Virus record (IMG/VR): IMGVR_UViG_3300046010_015841
Origin: an uncultured virus (IMG/VR IMGVR_UViG_3300046010_015841)
Taxonomy: Duplodnaviria > Heunggongvirae > Uroviricota > Caudoviricetes
Strand: one strand, 5' to 3'
Length of the DNA: 64,000 bases
Positions within the stretch are counted from its first letter, which is position 1, and the number at the start of each line of letters is the position of its first letter. Positions 1 to 10,700 of this stretch are shown here, piece after piece. Below the pieces are notes generated by a model. That model was not told the origin of the DNA, ran no database searches, and was given only the letters and a program-made list of their open reading frames with translations. Position numbers and translations under genes: made by a program.

Positions 1-918
1 AGTATATTGGTAAATCCACATTTTACCCACTGAATTAATGTAGTTATAATTTGGATTACAATAGGGTACATTTGATGGGTTTGTAATCAAATTTGTAGCT
101 GCAGATCCACTTGCTGTTCTGCCTCCTACAACACTATCTCTTTCACTTCCTTTAACATATTGAATCCATAAATTGTAATCAATTAAAGGAATAGGGAATA
201 TCTTAAGTTGGTTGTTTATAATTTCAAACGAAAATGCTGCTTTTCTTATTTGGTCGTTTAATTCAATTGCTTGAATTCTTTGTAAGTCAAAGAACAACGG
301 CATTAATAAGAATGTAATAGCAGGTGAATAAGCACCAAATCCAAAGCTATTAAGTAATCCTTCGTAGCTATATCCTATACCAACATATGGATCAAAGTAT
401 CTCATAGCAGCAGGAGGTGCTTCGAAGAATATTCTTTTTACTTCAATATAATCATTAGGACCAATCGATGCTGATTGTTGTGCCCATAAATTTAAATCAT
501 ATGATTGTGTAAGGGCATGTAATCTAATAGCACCACTATACCATGTTACATTACCACCAACACCAGCTTCTTCACCATAGTTTTCAGATATACGAACAAC
601 ACCACCAAGTGAAGGAGACATTAGTAACTGGTTGTATGGTCCTGAACCAGTTGGGTTTCCTTCCATAGAGAGCATGTTCTCTCTAATTTGGAATTGGTAT
701 ACTTCATTGCCATAAACAGTAACAGCTTCTTCAAAAGCAGTATATATTTGTACTGGTTGTAATTCAACAACTTCAATAGGCCATCCTAAACGTTGTGTAA
801 CAAATGTAACAACTTTGTCAGCATCTACTTGGAATTGGTATTGGTAATCGTAAAATCCAAAGGCAGTATCCCCAGGAAAAAACGAAGAACTACCAGCATA
901 TACAGGAATATCAGCCAT
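1..918 (-). CDS. Neck/head-tail adaptor protein, T4 gp13-like (3' end outside window; absent from ORF track)
   Basis: Manual translation from ATG at 918 gives MADIPVYAGSSSFFPGDTAFGFYD...QRLGWPIEVVELQ..., open to the window edge. RLGxPxxxVEL resembles gp13-family N-termini. A late motif lies upstream. Confidence 0.65.
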   Translation of the reverse strand, partial: MADIPVYAGSSSFFPGDTAFGFYDYQYQFQVDADKVVTFVTQRLGWPIEVVELQPVQIYTAFEEAVTVYGNEVYQFQIRENMLSMEGNPTGSGPYNQLLMSPSLGGVVRISENYGEEAGVGGNVTWYSGAIRLHALTQSYDLNLWAQQSASIGPNDYIEVKRIFFEAPPAAMRYFDPYVGIGYSYEGLLNSFGFGAYSPAITFLLMPLFFDLQRIQAIELNDQIRKAAFSFEIINNQLKIFPIPLIDYNLWIQYVKGSERDSVVGGRTASGSAATNLITNPSNVPYCNPNYNYINSVGKMWIYQYT

Positions 919-933
919 TTAATTGCGTTTTCG

Positions 934-942
934 TATAAATAT
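934..942 (-). promoter_or_regulatory. Putative late promoter motif
   Basis: ATATTTATA upstream of the neck gene. Confidence 0.6.
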
Positions 943-966
943 TGAAATAGCTGTGAATTACTTAAA

Positions 967-1920
967 CTATTTTTTATCTATATCGTTAAGCAACTTTGGT
1001 ATATCAAACATTTCATTCACATCTATGTAAGGACATTCATGTAAAATACCGTCAAAAGCATAATCAAATAAATAAGAATCGACTAACTTTGTACCACCTT
1101 TTGGAGGATTAGCAACAATATTGTTATGAATTTTATACCCAAATACATTAGGTGAAGTACCTATCCACAATACAGTTGATGGTATTTTAAATGATGCGGC
1201 AGCGTGTTGAAGACATGAATCAATTAATATACGTTTTTGTGACTCTACTAAAATAGCAAACAATTCCATATTAGTCATAGGCTGGTCTATAATTTCAGCA
1301 CCAGGTATTTTTTGTGAATCTGGTCTAGTTATTTGAAATATGTGATAATCTTTTGAGTATTTATTGAATATTTCTAAAGATATATCAAAAGGAATATCTC
1401 TACACCAACTATACCCATATTTTTGACCATTTAAAGGACCACCATTTGTTTGTAATACCATTGTTGGTTTATTACGTCGCCATAAACCAATAGTTCCTTT
1501 TTGAACCATATTTACATAAACTTGTGGTTGCTGTTCTGTATATGGTATGTTTAAAAGATCACACCAATTTTCTATTAAATGTTTCTTTTTAGTAATGTGA
1601 CCTGTTTGATGATAAGGTTCATGTTTAAATATAATTACATCTTTATTATAAATGTAATTATCATAAAAATAAGGTCTATTTGATATATGATATACTCTAT
1701 CAGCAAATGGATTATTTAAAAATACTTCTGGATAGGAAACTACCAAAATAATTTTACGATCAGGATATGTTTCTTTTACATCTTTACATAATGCAGTAGC
1801 AGCAATATTTTTACCTAGCCCTCCCTCAATGTGCCAAATCAAATATTTTTCACTTGAAGGTAATACAGCTGGTGTAGGCTGTATGATTGATTTTGATTTT
1901 GGAGTATAGGTTGCAGACAT
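967..1920 (-). CDS. Glycosyltransferase, GT-B fold, GT9/heptosyltransferase-like
   Basis: N-terminal GGLGKNI and C-terminal IDSCLQHAAASFKIPSTVLW match the GT9 pattern DSGxxHxAxAxxxPxVxLF. Confidence 0.75.
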   Translation of the reverse strand: MSATYTPKSKSIIQPTPAVLPSSEKYLIWHIEGGLGKNIAATALCKDVKETYPDRKIILVVSYPEVFLNNPFADRVYHISNRPYFYDNYIYNKDVIIFKHEPYHQTGHITKKKHLIENWCDLLNIPYTEQQPQVYVNMVQKGTIGLWRRNKPTMVLQTNGGPLNGQKYGYSWCRDIPFDISLEIFNKYSKDYHIFQITRPDSQKIPGAEIIDQPMTNMELFAILVESQKRILIDSCLQHAAASFKIPSTVLWIGTSPNVFGYKIHNNIVANPPKGGTKLVDSYLFDYAFDGILHECPYIDVNEMFDIPKLLNDIDKK

Positions 1921-1923
1921 TAT

Positions 1924-2574
1924 TTATTGTTTTTTAAATAATAATTCTGTTAGACTTCCTTCATCTCCAAATCCTATTACGGGAACAACATTAAAAGCTA
2001 AACTATGTCGAGGCAATTCAGCTTTATTTACAGGTACATTATGCACTAAATAAGAAGGAAATAATACCAATAAACCTGGTGTAATATTCATTGTAAATTT
2101 AGGTGAAGAATATCTTGAATATTCTATTTTTTCTTTAATTTTAGGTTGAATATAAGAAGCATTTACACCCATTATACTTTTATGAAATTCTATACCTGGT
2201 GTATTTTCAATTACAGATCCATAATAAAATACTCCTGAAATTAAACTATTAGGATGTGTATGCATTACATGTTGTTGTCCAGGCATTTTTATTGATATCC
2301 ATGATTGACTAAATTTGTACTTATCATAATCAAATCCAATAACATCAGCATATGCTTTTACATTTTCTAAAATAAAATTTCTTATATCATAACATTCAGA
2401 TTTATCTAAAATATAACTATCTTTAGATCTAAATCCGTAATTAGCCTGATCAGCATCATCTGTAACTACCTCTTGTTTATCAAAAAAAGCAATAACAGGT
2501 GATAATTCATCAGGTATTTCTACTGTATAAACAGGTATTGGGAATATGTCTATTATTTTACTATTAACTTGCAT
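1924..2574 (-). CDS. 2OG-Fe(II) oxygenase-like protein (TIGR02466-type)
   Basis: IFPIPVY start, HTHPNS..SGVFY, LFPSYLVHNV, RHSLAFN. Start moved to MQVNSK (2574) to remove a 53-nt overlap. Confidence 0.8.
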   Translation of the reverse strand: MQVNSKIIDIFPIPVYTVEIPDELSPVIAFFDKQEVVTDDADQANYGFRSKDSYILDKSECYDIRNFILENVKAYADVIGFDYDKYKFSQSWISIKMPGQQHVMHTHPNSLISGVFYYGSVIENTPGIEFHKSIMGVNASYIQPKIKEKIEYSRYSSPKFTMNITPGLLVLFPSYLVHNVPVNKAELPRHSLAFNVVPVIGFGDEGSLTELLFKKQ

Positions 2575-3211
2575 AACGTCCAAATATAATTTCTGAAATA
2601 GTTTCTTGGTCTCCAAGTGTGCCTTTAGTTAAGGCATTAACACCTAGTGCTTTTCTAACTTTATTTGTTTTATTAGGCGGCACACCATGTGTAACATATG
2701 AGGGGAATATAATGAAATCATTTTGTTGAGGCATAAAATAAACTTCCTCTTGAGAATAAACATATTCTTGATAATCTGGTAATAGTGATGGTTCTATATA
2801 AGTTCTATGTTGAGATCCAACTACTTTACTAAAACAAAGAGCAGCATCTCCTGGTTCAAAATCATAATAAAACACCCCAGCAAGCAATGTATTTGGGTGT
2901 GTATGTGCTTTGTGAAATTGACCCGGCATTTTATATGTAAGCCATGATTGAGCAAACTCGAGATCTTTATAATTATATCTCATAATTTCAGTTGCAAATT
3001 TTTTAAAATGTAACATAAAAAAATCTGCTAAAGGTTTACATATAGGATTATCTATAATGTAGCTGTTTTTTGAGATCCAACCATATGGGCTATTTCGCCC
3101 ATCATTCATTTCACAACTATCGAAATACTTTACTATTTCAGTAGTATCCCCTTCGTATGTTGATACGTAAAGAGGAGTTGGAAATAAACTAAAAACTTTT
3201 GATTTTTCCAT
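2564..3211 (-). CDS. 2OG-Fe(II) oxygenase-like protein (TIGR02466-type)
   Basis: LFPTPLY, HTHPNT..AGVFY, IFPSYVTHGV, RKALGVN. Paralogous to its neighbour. Confidence 0.8.
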   Translation of the reverse strand: MEKSKVFSLFPTPLYVSTYEGDTTEIVKYFDSCEMNDGRNSPYGWISKNSYIIDNPICKPLADFFMLHFKKFATEIMRYNYKDLEFAQSWLTYKMPGQFHKAHTHPNTLLAGVFYYDFEPGDAALCFSKVVGSQHRTYIEPSLLPDYQEYVYSQEEVYFMPQQNDFIIFPSYVTHGVPPNKTNKVRKALGVNALTKGTLGDQETISEIIFGRYAS

Positions 3212-3218
3212 AATAGAG

Positions 3219-4673
3219 TTATTTATGAAAGCTTTCTATGTAATCTAAATGATGTTGTGTACGAGGTAAAAATTCTGATAGTTTAGGGGGTTTTATATGT
3301 TTTGGTAATGGGGTGGAAAATTGTATATCTCTAGCAGCAAGTGTTTGTGCTAGCATCATAATATCACATTCATTAGAATATTCATTTAAATCTTTAATTG
3401 CTAATGTCCAATCTTCAAATTTAACTTCTTTTTGATCAACCCAAAACGAAGTATCTAATCTATGACAAGTTTTATATTGATTTAAAATAAAAGTAGTCCA
3501 AAATTTATAATTTCTTTTAATACTTTGGTTAGCATTAACAAGAGTACGAATATAACTTTTATCATATTGCATACTTTTGTTTTTTAAAGATAAATGATAT
3601 TTATTCAATATTTTTTCTAATATTTCAATGCATGTATTAGTAAGGGCTAATCCAGGAGCATCTAAAGGCTCTAAAAACCCATTAGCCATTCCAATTGAAC
3701 AGCTATTAATTTTAAATGTTTGTTTATTTACTCTAGGTCTAAAATCAACTACATTTGGAATAATTGATTTATCACCAATATCTGTAATAAATTCATTTAT
3801 AGCTTCATCTACACTAATATGATTATCTGAAAATGCATATCCTGTTCCTATTCTTTCCCATGTTGGTGTAATCCATCTCCACCCATGTTTCATAGTTTTA
3901 GCTACAGTGTAAGGATGGAATTGTTCTCTTTTATTAGTGTAATAAAGGGGATAAACAACCGCTTTAGTTGTTAATAAAGTATTTCCTAAACTTTCATACT
4001 GTTCATTGAATACATTTTTTGTTTTTAAGTTTTGTCCTGTAGTGTTTATGAAATAATCTGCTTTTATTTCTTTTTTACTTTCTAATATTATACTTGAAAT
4101 ATAATCATAGTCCTCAAAGTTAACATGTTCAACAGTATCTGATATAAATTCTACTTTTGGGTTTGTAAGGGCTTGTTTTTTTAAAAATTCTATATAACAT
4201 GCGGCATCAAAATGAAAAGCATTAGGATGTTCAATGTTTATAGCTTCTTTAATACTATCAGGAAATACATTATTTTTACCTACTGCTTCTTCCCATATTA
4301 ATGATCCGTAAATATCATGTATAAATGTTTCTGGGTCTTTATTGCCTAGTAATAATGCATATTCTATTAAAGATAATCCTGATCTTTCTAGTGGTGCATT
4401 TGATTTAAAAAAGTGAATCCAGTCTTTTTTACTCCAATTTTTATAGTAAACTCCATATTTTACTGCTGCATGGGATTCTTTTATAAAATCTGCATGGTCA
4501 ATTTTAAATATAGAATGTGCTTTTGATAATGATAATGTAGTAGATTCTCCTACTCCAATATGTGGAATTTTAGGAGAACCTACTACTGTAATTTTTTCTA
4601 CAAAAGCAAGTTCTTTATAGTAGTTTACAACTAACCAACTACTAGTTCCAGAACCTACTATACAAATGTGCAT
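3219..4673 (-). CDS. Tryptophan halogenase-like flavin-dependent enzyme
   Basis: Rossmann start IVGSGTSS, IGVGEST, AVKYGV (putative catalytic Lys), AFHFDA, GWRWITP, GFLEPLDAPGL. Confidence 0.8.
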   Translation of the reverse strand: MHICIVGSGTSSWLVVNYYKELAFVEKITVVGSPKIPHIGVGESTTLSLSKAHSIFKIDHADFIKESHAAVKYGVYYKNWSKKDWIHFFKSNAPLERSGLSLIEYALLLGNKDPETFIHDIYGSLIWEEAVGKNNVFPDSIKEAINIEHPNAFHFDAACYIEFLKKQALTNPKVEFISDTVEHVNFEDYDYISSIILESKKEIKADYFINTTGQNLKTKNVFNEQYESLGNTLLTTKAVVYPLYYTNKREQFHPYTVAKTMKHGWRWITPTWERIGTGYAFSDNHISVDEAINEFITDIGDKSIIPNVVDFRPRVNKQTFKINSCSIGMANGFLEPLDAPGLALTNTCIEILEKILNKYHLSLKNKSMQYDKSYIRTLVNANQSIKRNYKFWTTFILNQYKTCHRLDTSFWVDQKEVKFEDWTLAIKDLNEYSNECDIMMLAQTLAARDIQFSTPLPKHIKPPKLSEFLPRTQHHLDYIESFHK

Positions 4674-4678
4674 AAATT

Positions 4679-4888
4679 TTACTTTTTAAAGCCTAGTTTT
4701 TCCCAAATAATTTTAAAAGGACAAACTCCGGTTAATGCAGCTAATGGTAGAAGCGTTGGTGGAAGCCAAAGCACCCAACTAACATTTTCAAAACCAGTAA
4801 GCCAGTTGCCAATAAAAACAACTAATCCAATTGATAAAAATGTCATTCTTGCTGATGGAGAAGCATCTCCAAGATTAAATAATTTCAT
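4679..4888 (-). CDS. Small two-TM membrane protein, DUF2892/YgaP-like
   Basis: Two hydrophobic segments ending ALTGVCPFKIIWEKLG. Confidence 0.6.
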   Translation of the reverse strand: MKLFNLGDASPSARMTFLSIGLVVFIGNWLTGFENVSWVLWLPPTLLPLAALTGVCPFKIIWEKLGFKK

Positions 4889-4891
4889 AAA

Positions 4892-5491
4892 TTAAATTTT
4901 AGATTGTGGTACAATATTAAAAGCTATTGAAATACGTTCTTTATGTGATTCATTTCTTTCTACACTATGTTTAATCCAACTAGGAAATAAATAGAATGTT
5001 GATTCTTTAGGTGGTTTGGCAAAACTTAAAGCATTAGACATTGTTAGTTCTCGCTGTATATCTCCAGTTAGGAAAAATTCAGCATTATCTCCTCTATGAA
5101 ATACAATATCTCCCATATTATCATCTGGTACACTTACATAGTATACTCCTGATAGTATGCTTTTTTGATGGTCATGGGCTATATTATAATCATGATATCC
5201 ATTGATATTAATCCAAAAATTGCCTACTATTAAGTCTTTCATTCCTGTGTGGCGAGAACAAATATCATTTGAAAAAATACTAATATCATTAAATAATGTT
5301 TCAAGTGAAGGAGCAAGTGGAAGCAATAATTCATTACTATGCCATCCACCTCTATTCGAAATAGTAATACCAGGTAATTTTTCTTTAGTTTGTAAGCAGT
5401 AGTCTTTTATTTCTTCATTATCTATCCCAATAACAGGGCACTCCCAGATTGGAGTTGCAAACCATAATTGTTCATATATTTTAAATTCCAT
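4892..5491 (-). CDS. 2OG-Fe(II) oxygenase-like protein (TIGR02466-type)
   Basis: SNRGGWHS, HDHQKSILSGVYYV, LFPSWIKHSV, RISIAFN. Confidence 0.85.
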   Translation of the reverse strand: MEFKIYEQLWFATPIWECPVIGIDNEEIKDYCLQTKEKLPGITISNRGGWHSNELLLPLAPSLETLFNDISIFSNDICSRHTGMKDLIVGNFWININGYHDYNIAHDHQKSILSGVYYVSVPDDNMGDIVFHRGDNAEFFLTGDIQRELTMSNALSFAKPPKESTFYLFPSWIKHSVERNESHKERISIAFNIVPQSKI

Positions 5492-5500
5492 AATTTTATA

Positions 5501-6112
5501 TTATCTAAAGGGACGACCTCCTGTCCAAAAAACCAAACATTTACGTTGGCCTCTTGTTATTGGTTTTACTCTATGCATTAAAAAAGAAGGAAATACAATT
5601 ACGTCACCTTTTTCTCTTGGTACAACTATTGGTTCCTTTCCACCAAACCATATTTCAAACTCACCTCCATCATATTCTGATGGGTCTGATAGTTGTACAG
5701 TCATGGCAAGTTTTCTCCTATTGACTCCATATGCTCCTATATCCATATGCCAATCAAGATGCCCTCCATCTTCTGGGTATATTACATAGTGTATTGGGTC
5801 TGTTACTATATCAATGTCAAAATGAAATAGTTTTTCATTAGCTTGTAATGCTAGTGGAAATAATAATTCATATAACCATTTAGAATGAGGAGCTGTGTTA
5901 ATATAAGCAATATCTCTATTGTTTGTTTCATAAGAATCAGTATCAGTACCTAATTCAACTGCACCTGTTCTACCTTTAGAAAAAGTATAATGAGTAAAAA
6001 CCATCTTTTCCAATTCAGTAATCATTTTATCATTAAAAACCTTTTTATAATAATAAAAATCATACCAATTAGATTTGGGTGTAAAATGATTATAAGGAAC
6101 TAATGAAAACAT
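5501..6112 (-). CDS. 2OG-Fe(II) oxygenase, prolyl-4-hydroxylase-like
   Basis: WHMD, RKLAMTVQLSDPSEYDGGEF, VFPSFLMHRVKP, RKCLVFW (HxD...H...R). Confidence 0.85.
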   Translation of the reverse strand: MFSLVPYNHFTPKSNWYDFYYYKKVFNDKMITELEKMVFTHYTFSKGRTGAVELGTDTDSYETNNRDIAYINTAPHSKWLYELLFPLALQANEKLFHFDIDIVTDPIHYVIYPEDGGHLDWHMDIGAYGVNRRKLAMTVQLSDPSEYDGGEFEIWFGGKEPIVVPREKGDVIVFPSFLMHRVKPITRGQRKCLVFWTGGRPFR

Positions 6113-6114
6113 AA

Positions 6115-6696
6115 TTAATCATTTTTTATATGAGTAAACCAACCAGTTAAAATATATTTAGTCTCAGTAGGTGAAGGAACTCCGCGATGTAAGTAGGTCC
6201 AATCTGATGGCCATATAATCAATTTTCCTTCTTCGGCTAGCTCAAAATGGTGTTGATAAAAAAATTCAGTTTCACCTTGATCCATTACTGTGTTTAGATA
6301 TACCATCCAAACTAATAACCTATTAGTATATTTTAAACTTGCTCTTTCGCAATGCCAGTCATAAAATCCTTCACCAGGTTCATATTTTTGAATATTAAAT
6401 AAAGGAGATATTTCAAAAGGATCTAATTTACTAAAAGCTAATGAATTTCTATTATAATAATCTACTTGTCCTTTTTCTAGTACAGGAATTAATTGTTTTA
6501 AAAGAGGACCCCAAATTTCATGTTGTAAATAAGTAGGATTAAAGGTTATATCCGTTGATTTTTTTCCACCAGCCGAAAAAATTCCATTATTTCCATATAA
6601 TACTCCTGGTCTTTTTTCATTTGACGCTTCAAAAGCATCTATAAAAGCTTTACATAGTTCGGAAGACAAAACGTTTTTTCTTCTATATAAAAACAT
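6115..6696 (-). CDS. 2OG-Fe(II) oxygenase, prolyl-4-hydroxylase-like
   Basis: QKYEPGEGFYDWHCE, WMVYLN, GETEF, WPSDWTYLHRG, KYILTGW. Confidence 0.85.
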   Translation of the reverse strand: MFLYRRKNVLSSELCKAFIDAFEASNEKRPGVLYGNNGIFSAGGKKSTDITFNPTYLQHEIWGPLLKQLIPVLEKGQVDYYNRNSLAFSKLDPFEISPLFNIQKYEPGEGFYDWHCERASLKYTNRLLVWMVYLNTVMDQGETEFFYQHHFELAEEGKLIIWPSDWTYLHRGVPSPTETKYILTGWFTHIKND

Positions 6697-6699
6697 AAC

Positions 6700-7398
6700 T
6701 TATTGTTGTTGTGATTGTTGATCTATTTGTAGTTGTTTAAGTTGACTAAAAGTTAATATTTTGTTATCTTCAGTTTTTAATTTTTGAAGAGTTTGATGAA
6801 GTCCTACAGCATTGATTACCTCACTTGGTTCACTATCTGGTTTAAGAGTTTTAATTCTATTTTCAAATCGTATTCCATAACTTTCAGCTTGGTGTGTATT
6901 CACATTTTGATCATCAAACGAGCCATCATTTAATTCAGATTTAATTTTAGACCAAGTTTGAATTTCACGAACACGATCGTGAGCAACTTGTTCCATACAG
7001 GCTTTATTATACAAATTCTGGTCAAGTTCAATCTGTGCCTCTAAAATATCTAATTGATCACCTTTTAATTCAACTTCTTTCATTCTGCGCTCAAGTCTTA
7101 AGCGTTCAACATCAGCTTTTCTCATATCAAAAGATAAATTCATCAATGCATCAAAATGAGCTGCCATTTCTCTAACGGATTGCCAATATTTAGCTGCTAT
7201 AGTAGGATATTTCATGTCGTTTAAAACAGAAACTCTCATTTCTGTTTCAGTACGAAATATTTGTTTTTTATTCCAATTATCTGCTAATTCTTCTTTAAGG
7301 CGAAGTACCTCTGTTGCATCCTGTGGTTTAAGAACAGCAAGAATATTTTTTAAATCATCAGTAACTGTTAAATCTTGTTGTTGATTAGTTTCAGACAT
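6700..7398 (-). CDS. Hypothetical coiled-coil phage protein
   Basis: 232-aa helical ORF with a host-type promoter upstream. Confidence 0.6.
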   Translation of the reverse strand: MSETNQQQDLTVTDDLKNILAVLKPQDATEVLRLKEELADNWNKKQIFRTETEMRVSVLNDMKYPTIAAKYWQSVREMAAHFDALMNLSFDMRKADVERLRLERRMKEVELKGDQLDILEAQIELDQNLYNKACMEQVAHDRVREIQTWSKIKSELNDGSFDDQNVNTHQAESYGIRFENRIKTLKPDSEPSEVINAVGLHQTLQKLKTEDNKILTFSQLKQLQIDQQSQQQ

Positions 7399-7419
7399 AA
7401 CTTTTAAAGTTTATTTAAT

Positions 7420-7451
7420 TTAATATACAAAACAATTTTCAAATTTCCAAA
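7420..7451 (-). promoter_or_regulatory. Bacteroidota-type -33/-7 promoter
   Basis: TTTG-N20-TATATTAA. Confidence 0.5.
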
Positions 7452-7455
7452 TTTT

Positions 7456-7731
7456 TTATGGAAGAATGATATAAGTGGGTACAGGTCCACATAATCCTGG
7501 TTGAGATCCAGAAATACAATTTTGGTATGCTATTATGCTTTCATCTATAGCAGCATCACAAATAATTTGTGCTTCAACTTTAGTTTTTGATATTGCTCCT
7601 ACTCTATCTGCCCAAATTTGGTTATTTTCAGTTATATAAAGCGGCCCAGGAAATTCTTCTATATATGATCTTTCATTGTCTTCATGAGTAATAAACCCAT
7701 ATCCTGTGTTTACTGCTGTGTAATATTCCAT
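7456..7731 (-). CDS. Hypothetical protein, possible fibre accessory
   Basis: 91-aa ORF with a late motif about 14 nt upstream. Confidence 0.6.
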   Translation of the reverse strand: MEYYTAVNTGYGFITHEDNERSYIEEFPGPLYITENNQIWADRVGAISKTKVEAQIICDAAIDESIIAYQNCISGSQPGLCGPVPTYIILP

Positions 7732-7744
7732 TTTTATAATTTTT

Positions 7745-7753
7745 TATAAATAT
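7745..7753 (-). promoter_or_regulatory. Putative late promoter motif
   Basis: ATATTTATA. Confidence 0.6.
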
Positions 7754-10700
7754 TTAGTCTATTATAATGTAATATGTTTTTGATATTGGGGATGGGGTTG
7801 GAGTTATAGATGGTGTAACTGTAGTAGTTGGTGTTACTGTTACTGTTGGAGTAAGTGTAACAGTTGGTGTTAATGTTCTTGTAGGTGTAATACTTGGTGT
7901 TACAGTTACAGTAGGAGTAACCGTCACACTTGGTGTAATTGTTCTAGTTGGTGTAATAGATGGTGTTACAGTTACACTTGGTGTTACAGTAATAGATGGA
8001 GTAACAGTTACTGTTGGAGTTATACTAGGAGTAACTGTAACTGATGGAGTAATTGTTACTGATGGTGTAATTGACGGCGTAACTGTTACAGATGGGGTTA
8101 CTGTAATTGATGGCGTTACTGTTTGTGTTGGTGTGATTGATGGTGTAACTGTTACACTAGGAGTTATAGTAACTGTTGGTGTAATAGTTACAGAAGGAGT
8201 TACAGTAACTGATGGGGTAACAGTTGTAGTAGGCGTAATTGATGGTGTTACTGTTACAGACGGAGTTACTGTTACTGATGGAGTAATAGATGGTGTTGCT
8301 GTTATTGAAGGAGTAACTGTAACAGTTGGTGTTACGGTTACAGATGGTGTTATTGTTCTAGTTGGTGTAATTGATGGAGTTACTGTTAATGAAGGTGTAA
8401 CGGTTACTGTTACAGAAGGAGTTATACTAGGAGTAACTGTAACTGAAGGAGTAACAGTTGCTGTAACAGATGGAGTTACGGTTACTGAAGGGGTAACTGA
8501 AGGTGTTACAGTTGGAGTAACAGATGGAGTTACAGTTACAGACGGAGTAACAGTTACACTAGGTGTTACAGTTGCAGTAGGTGTTACAGTTTGAGATGGT
8601 GTTACTGTAGTTGTTGGAGTAATAGATGGAGTAATGGTTACACTTGGTGTTATCGTTCTTGTAGGTGTAATTGTTACTGAAGGAGTAATTGTAACTGTTG
8701 GGGTTATAGAAGGCGTTATAGTAACTGAAGGTGTTACAGTTGTAGTAGGTGTAATTGTTACACTAGGTGTTACAGTAGCCGTTGGAGTAATACTTGGAGT
8801 TACAGTTACAGATGGAGTAACAGTAACAGACGGTGTTACTGTATTTGTAGGAGTAATACTAGGTGTTGAAGTAATACTTGGAGTAATTGTTACAGATGGA
8901 GTAACAGTTGCTGTTGGAGTAATTGTTGGTGTTGCAGTAATTGAAGGGGTAATTGTTCTTGTTGGAGTAATACTTGGTGTTACTGTTACTGAAGGTGTTA
9001 CTGTTACTGTTACAGACGGTGTAATTGAAGGAGTAACGGTTACAGACGGTGTTATAGTTGTAGTAACACTAGGTGTTACAGTCACACTCGGAGTTACAGT
9101 TACTGTTACAGAAGGAGTAATACTAGGTGTTATTGTTACACTTGGAGTAATTGTACTTGTAGGTGTAATAGAAGGAGTAGCAGTAATTGTTGGAGATGGA
9201 GTAATTGTTACTGATGGGGTAATTGTAGCTGTAGGAGTAATACTTGGAGTAGCAGTTATTGATGGTGTTACAGTTACTGATGGGGTGATTGTTACAGATG
9301 GTGTTACAGTTACTGATGGAGTGATTGTAGCTGTAACTGAAGGGGTTACTGTTACAGATGGTGTGATTGTTACAGATGGGGTAATTGTTCTAGTTGGTGT
9401 AATTGAAGGCGTTATAGTAACACTAGGTGTTACAGTAACAGTTGGAGTTATAGTTACACTAGGAGTTACAGTTGCAGTAACTGAAGGAGTAACTGTTACA
9501 CTAGGAGTTACTGTTACACTTGGAGTAATAGTTCTTGTAGGAGTGATACTTGGAGTTACAGTTACACTTGGTGTTATAGTAACAGACGGAGTAATTGTAG
9601 AAGTAGGTGTTATACTTGGTGTTACAGTAACAGACGGAGTAACTGTACTTGTAGGTGTAATACTAGGGGTTGGAGTAATTGAAGGTGTAGAAGTAATTGA
9701 TGGAGTAATTGTTCGTGTTGGAGTAATAGAAGGAGTAGGTGTAATACTTGGTGTTGCAGTAATACTAGGGGTTGGAGTAATTGAAGGTGTAGTTGTTCTA
9801 GTTGGTGACGGAGTAATAGTAGCGGTTGGAGTAATACTTGGTGTTGCAGTGATACTTGGAGTTGGAGTAATACTTGGAGTAGCAGTCTGTGTTGGTGTAA
9901 CTGAAGGTGTTGCAGTTATAGATGGTGTTGGAGTAATTGATGGTGTAGAAGTTATAGAAGGAGTAACAGTTGGAGTTGGAGTATTTGTTGGTGTAGCACT
10001 AGGTGTAGCAGATGGAGTCCTTGATGGGCTAGGTGTAGGAGAAGAACTAATCAACATTCTCAAACAGTTAACCTTTGTTGATCCCCAAGTCCATGTATAT
10101 GTTCCAGCTTGTATACCTAACCCAGCAATTGTTGTACTATTATAAGTTGCAGTTGCACTAGTAGGAGTATTGCTAGTATATGTTGTAGGAAGAAAAAGTG
10201 ATTGCCCATTTGGGCCACATAAAATACCAGCTGTAGTACCTGTAGCAGATGATGCACCAGCATTTGAATTTCCAAAACTATTTACAGGAGTTAATGTTGA
10301 AGCCCAATAAAGATTTCCTGGAAATTCTCCTGGGCCAATCACCCACTGACCTGAAATTGAACTATATCCTGGGCCTGTTGAAGTATTTGAAACACAAGAT
10401 AATTCAGTTATATTAAAGTTACCAGTACCTGACCAAACAACATTACCACCAACTTCTTCAATTGTTACTGTGTATACAGAAGCAGGTAAACTTGAAGGAG
10501 TAATAGTTCTAGTTGGTGTAATAGTTGGTGTAACAGTTATACTAGGTGTAGGTGTTACACTAGGTGTTTGAGTTCTAGTTGGGGTTGGGGTTAAGGTAGG
10601 TGTTGGTGATGGTGTTGGTGATGCTGCTGCTGCTGAATATTCTTCTGTATTGTTTAACCTAATTCCAGGGGCTCTAAGTCCTCCTGCTGCGAATGTACAG

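Noticed and set aside
8133..10145. Long plus-strand Val/Gly/Thr ORFs (also at 46501-51344)
   Set aside because: Antisense shadows of the Thr/Pro repeat codons, with no plausible promoter or start context.
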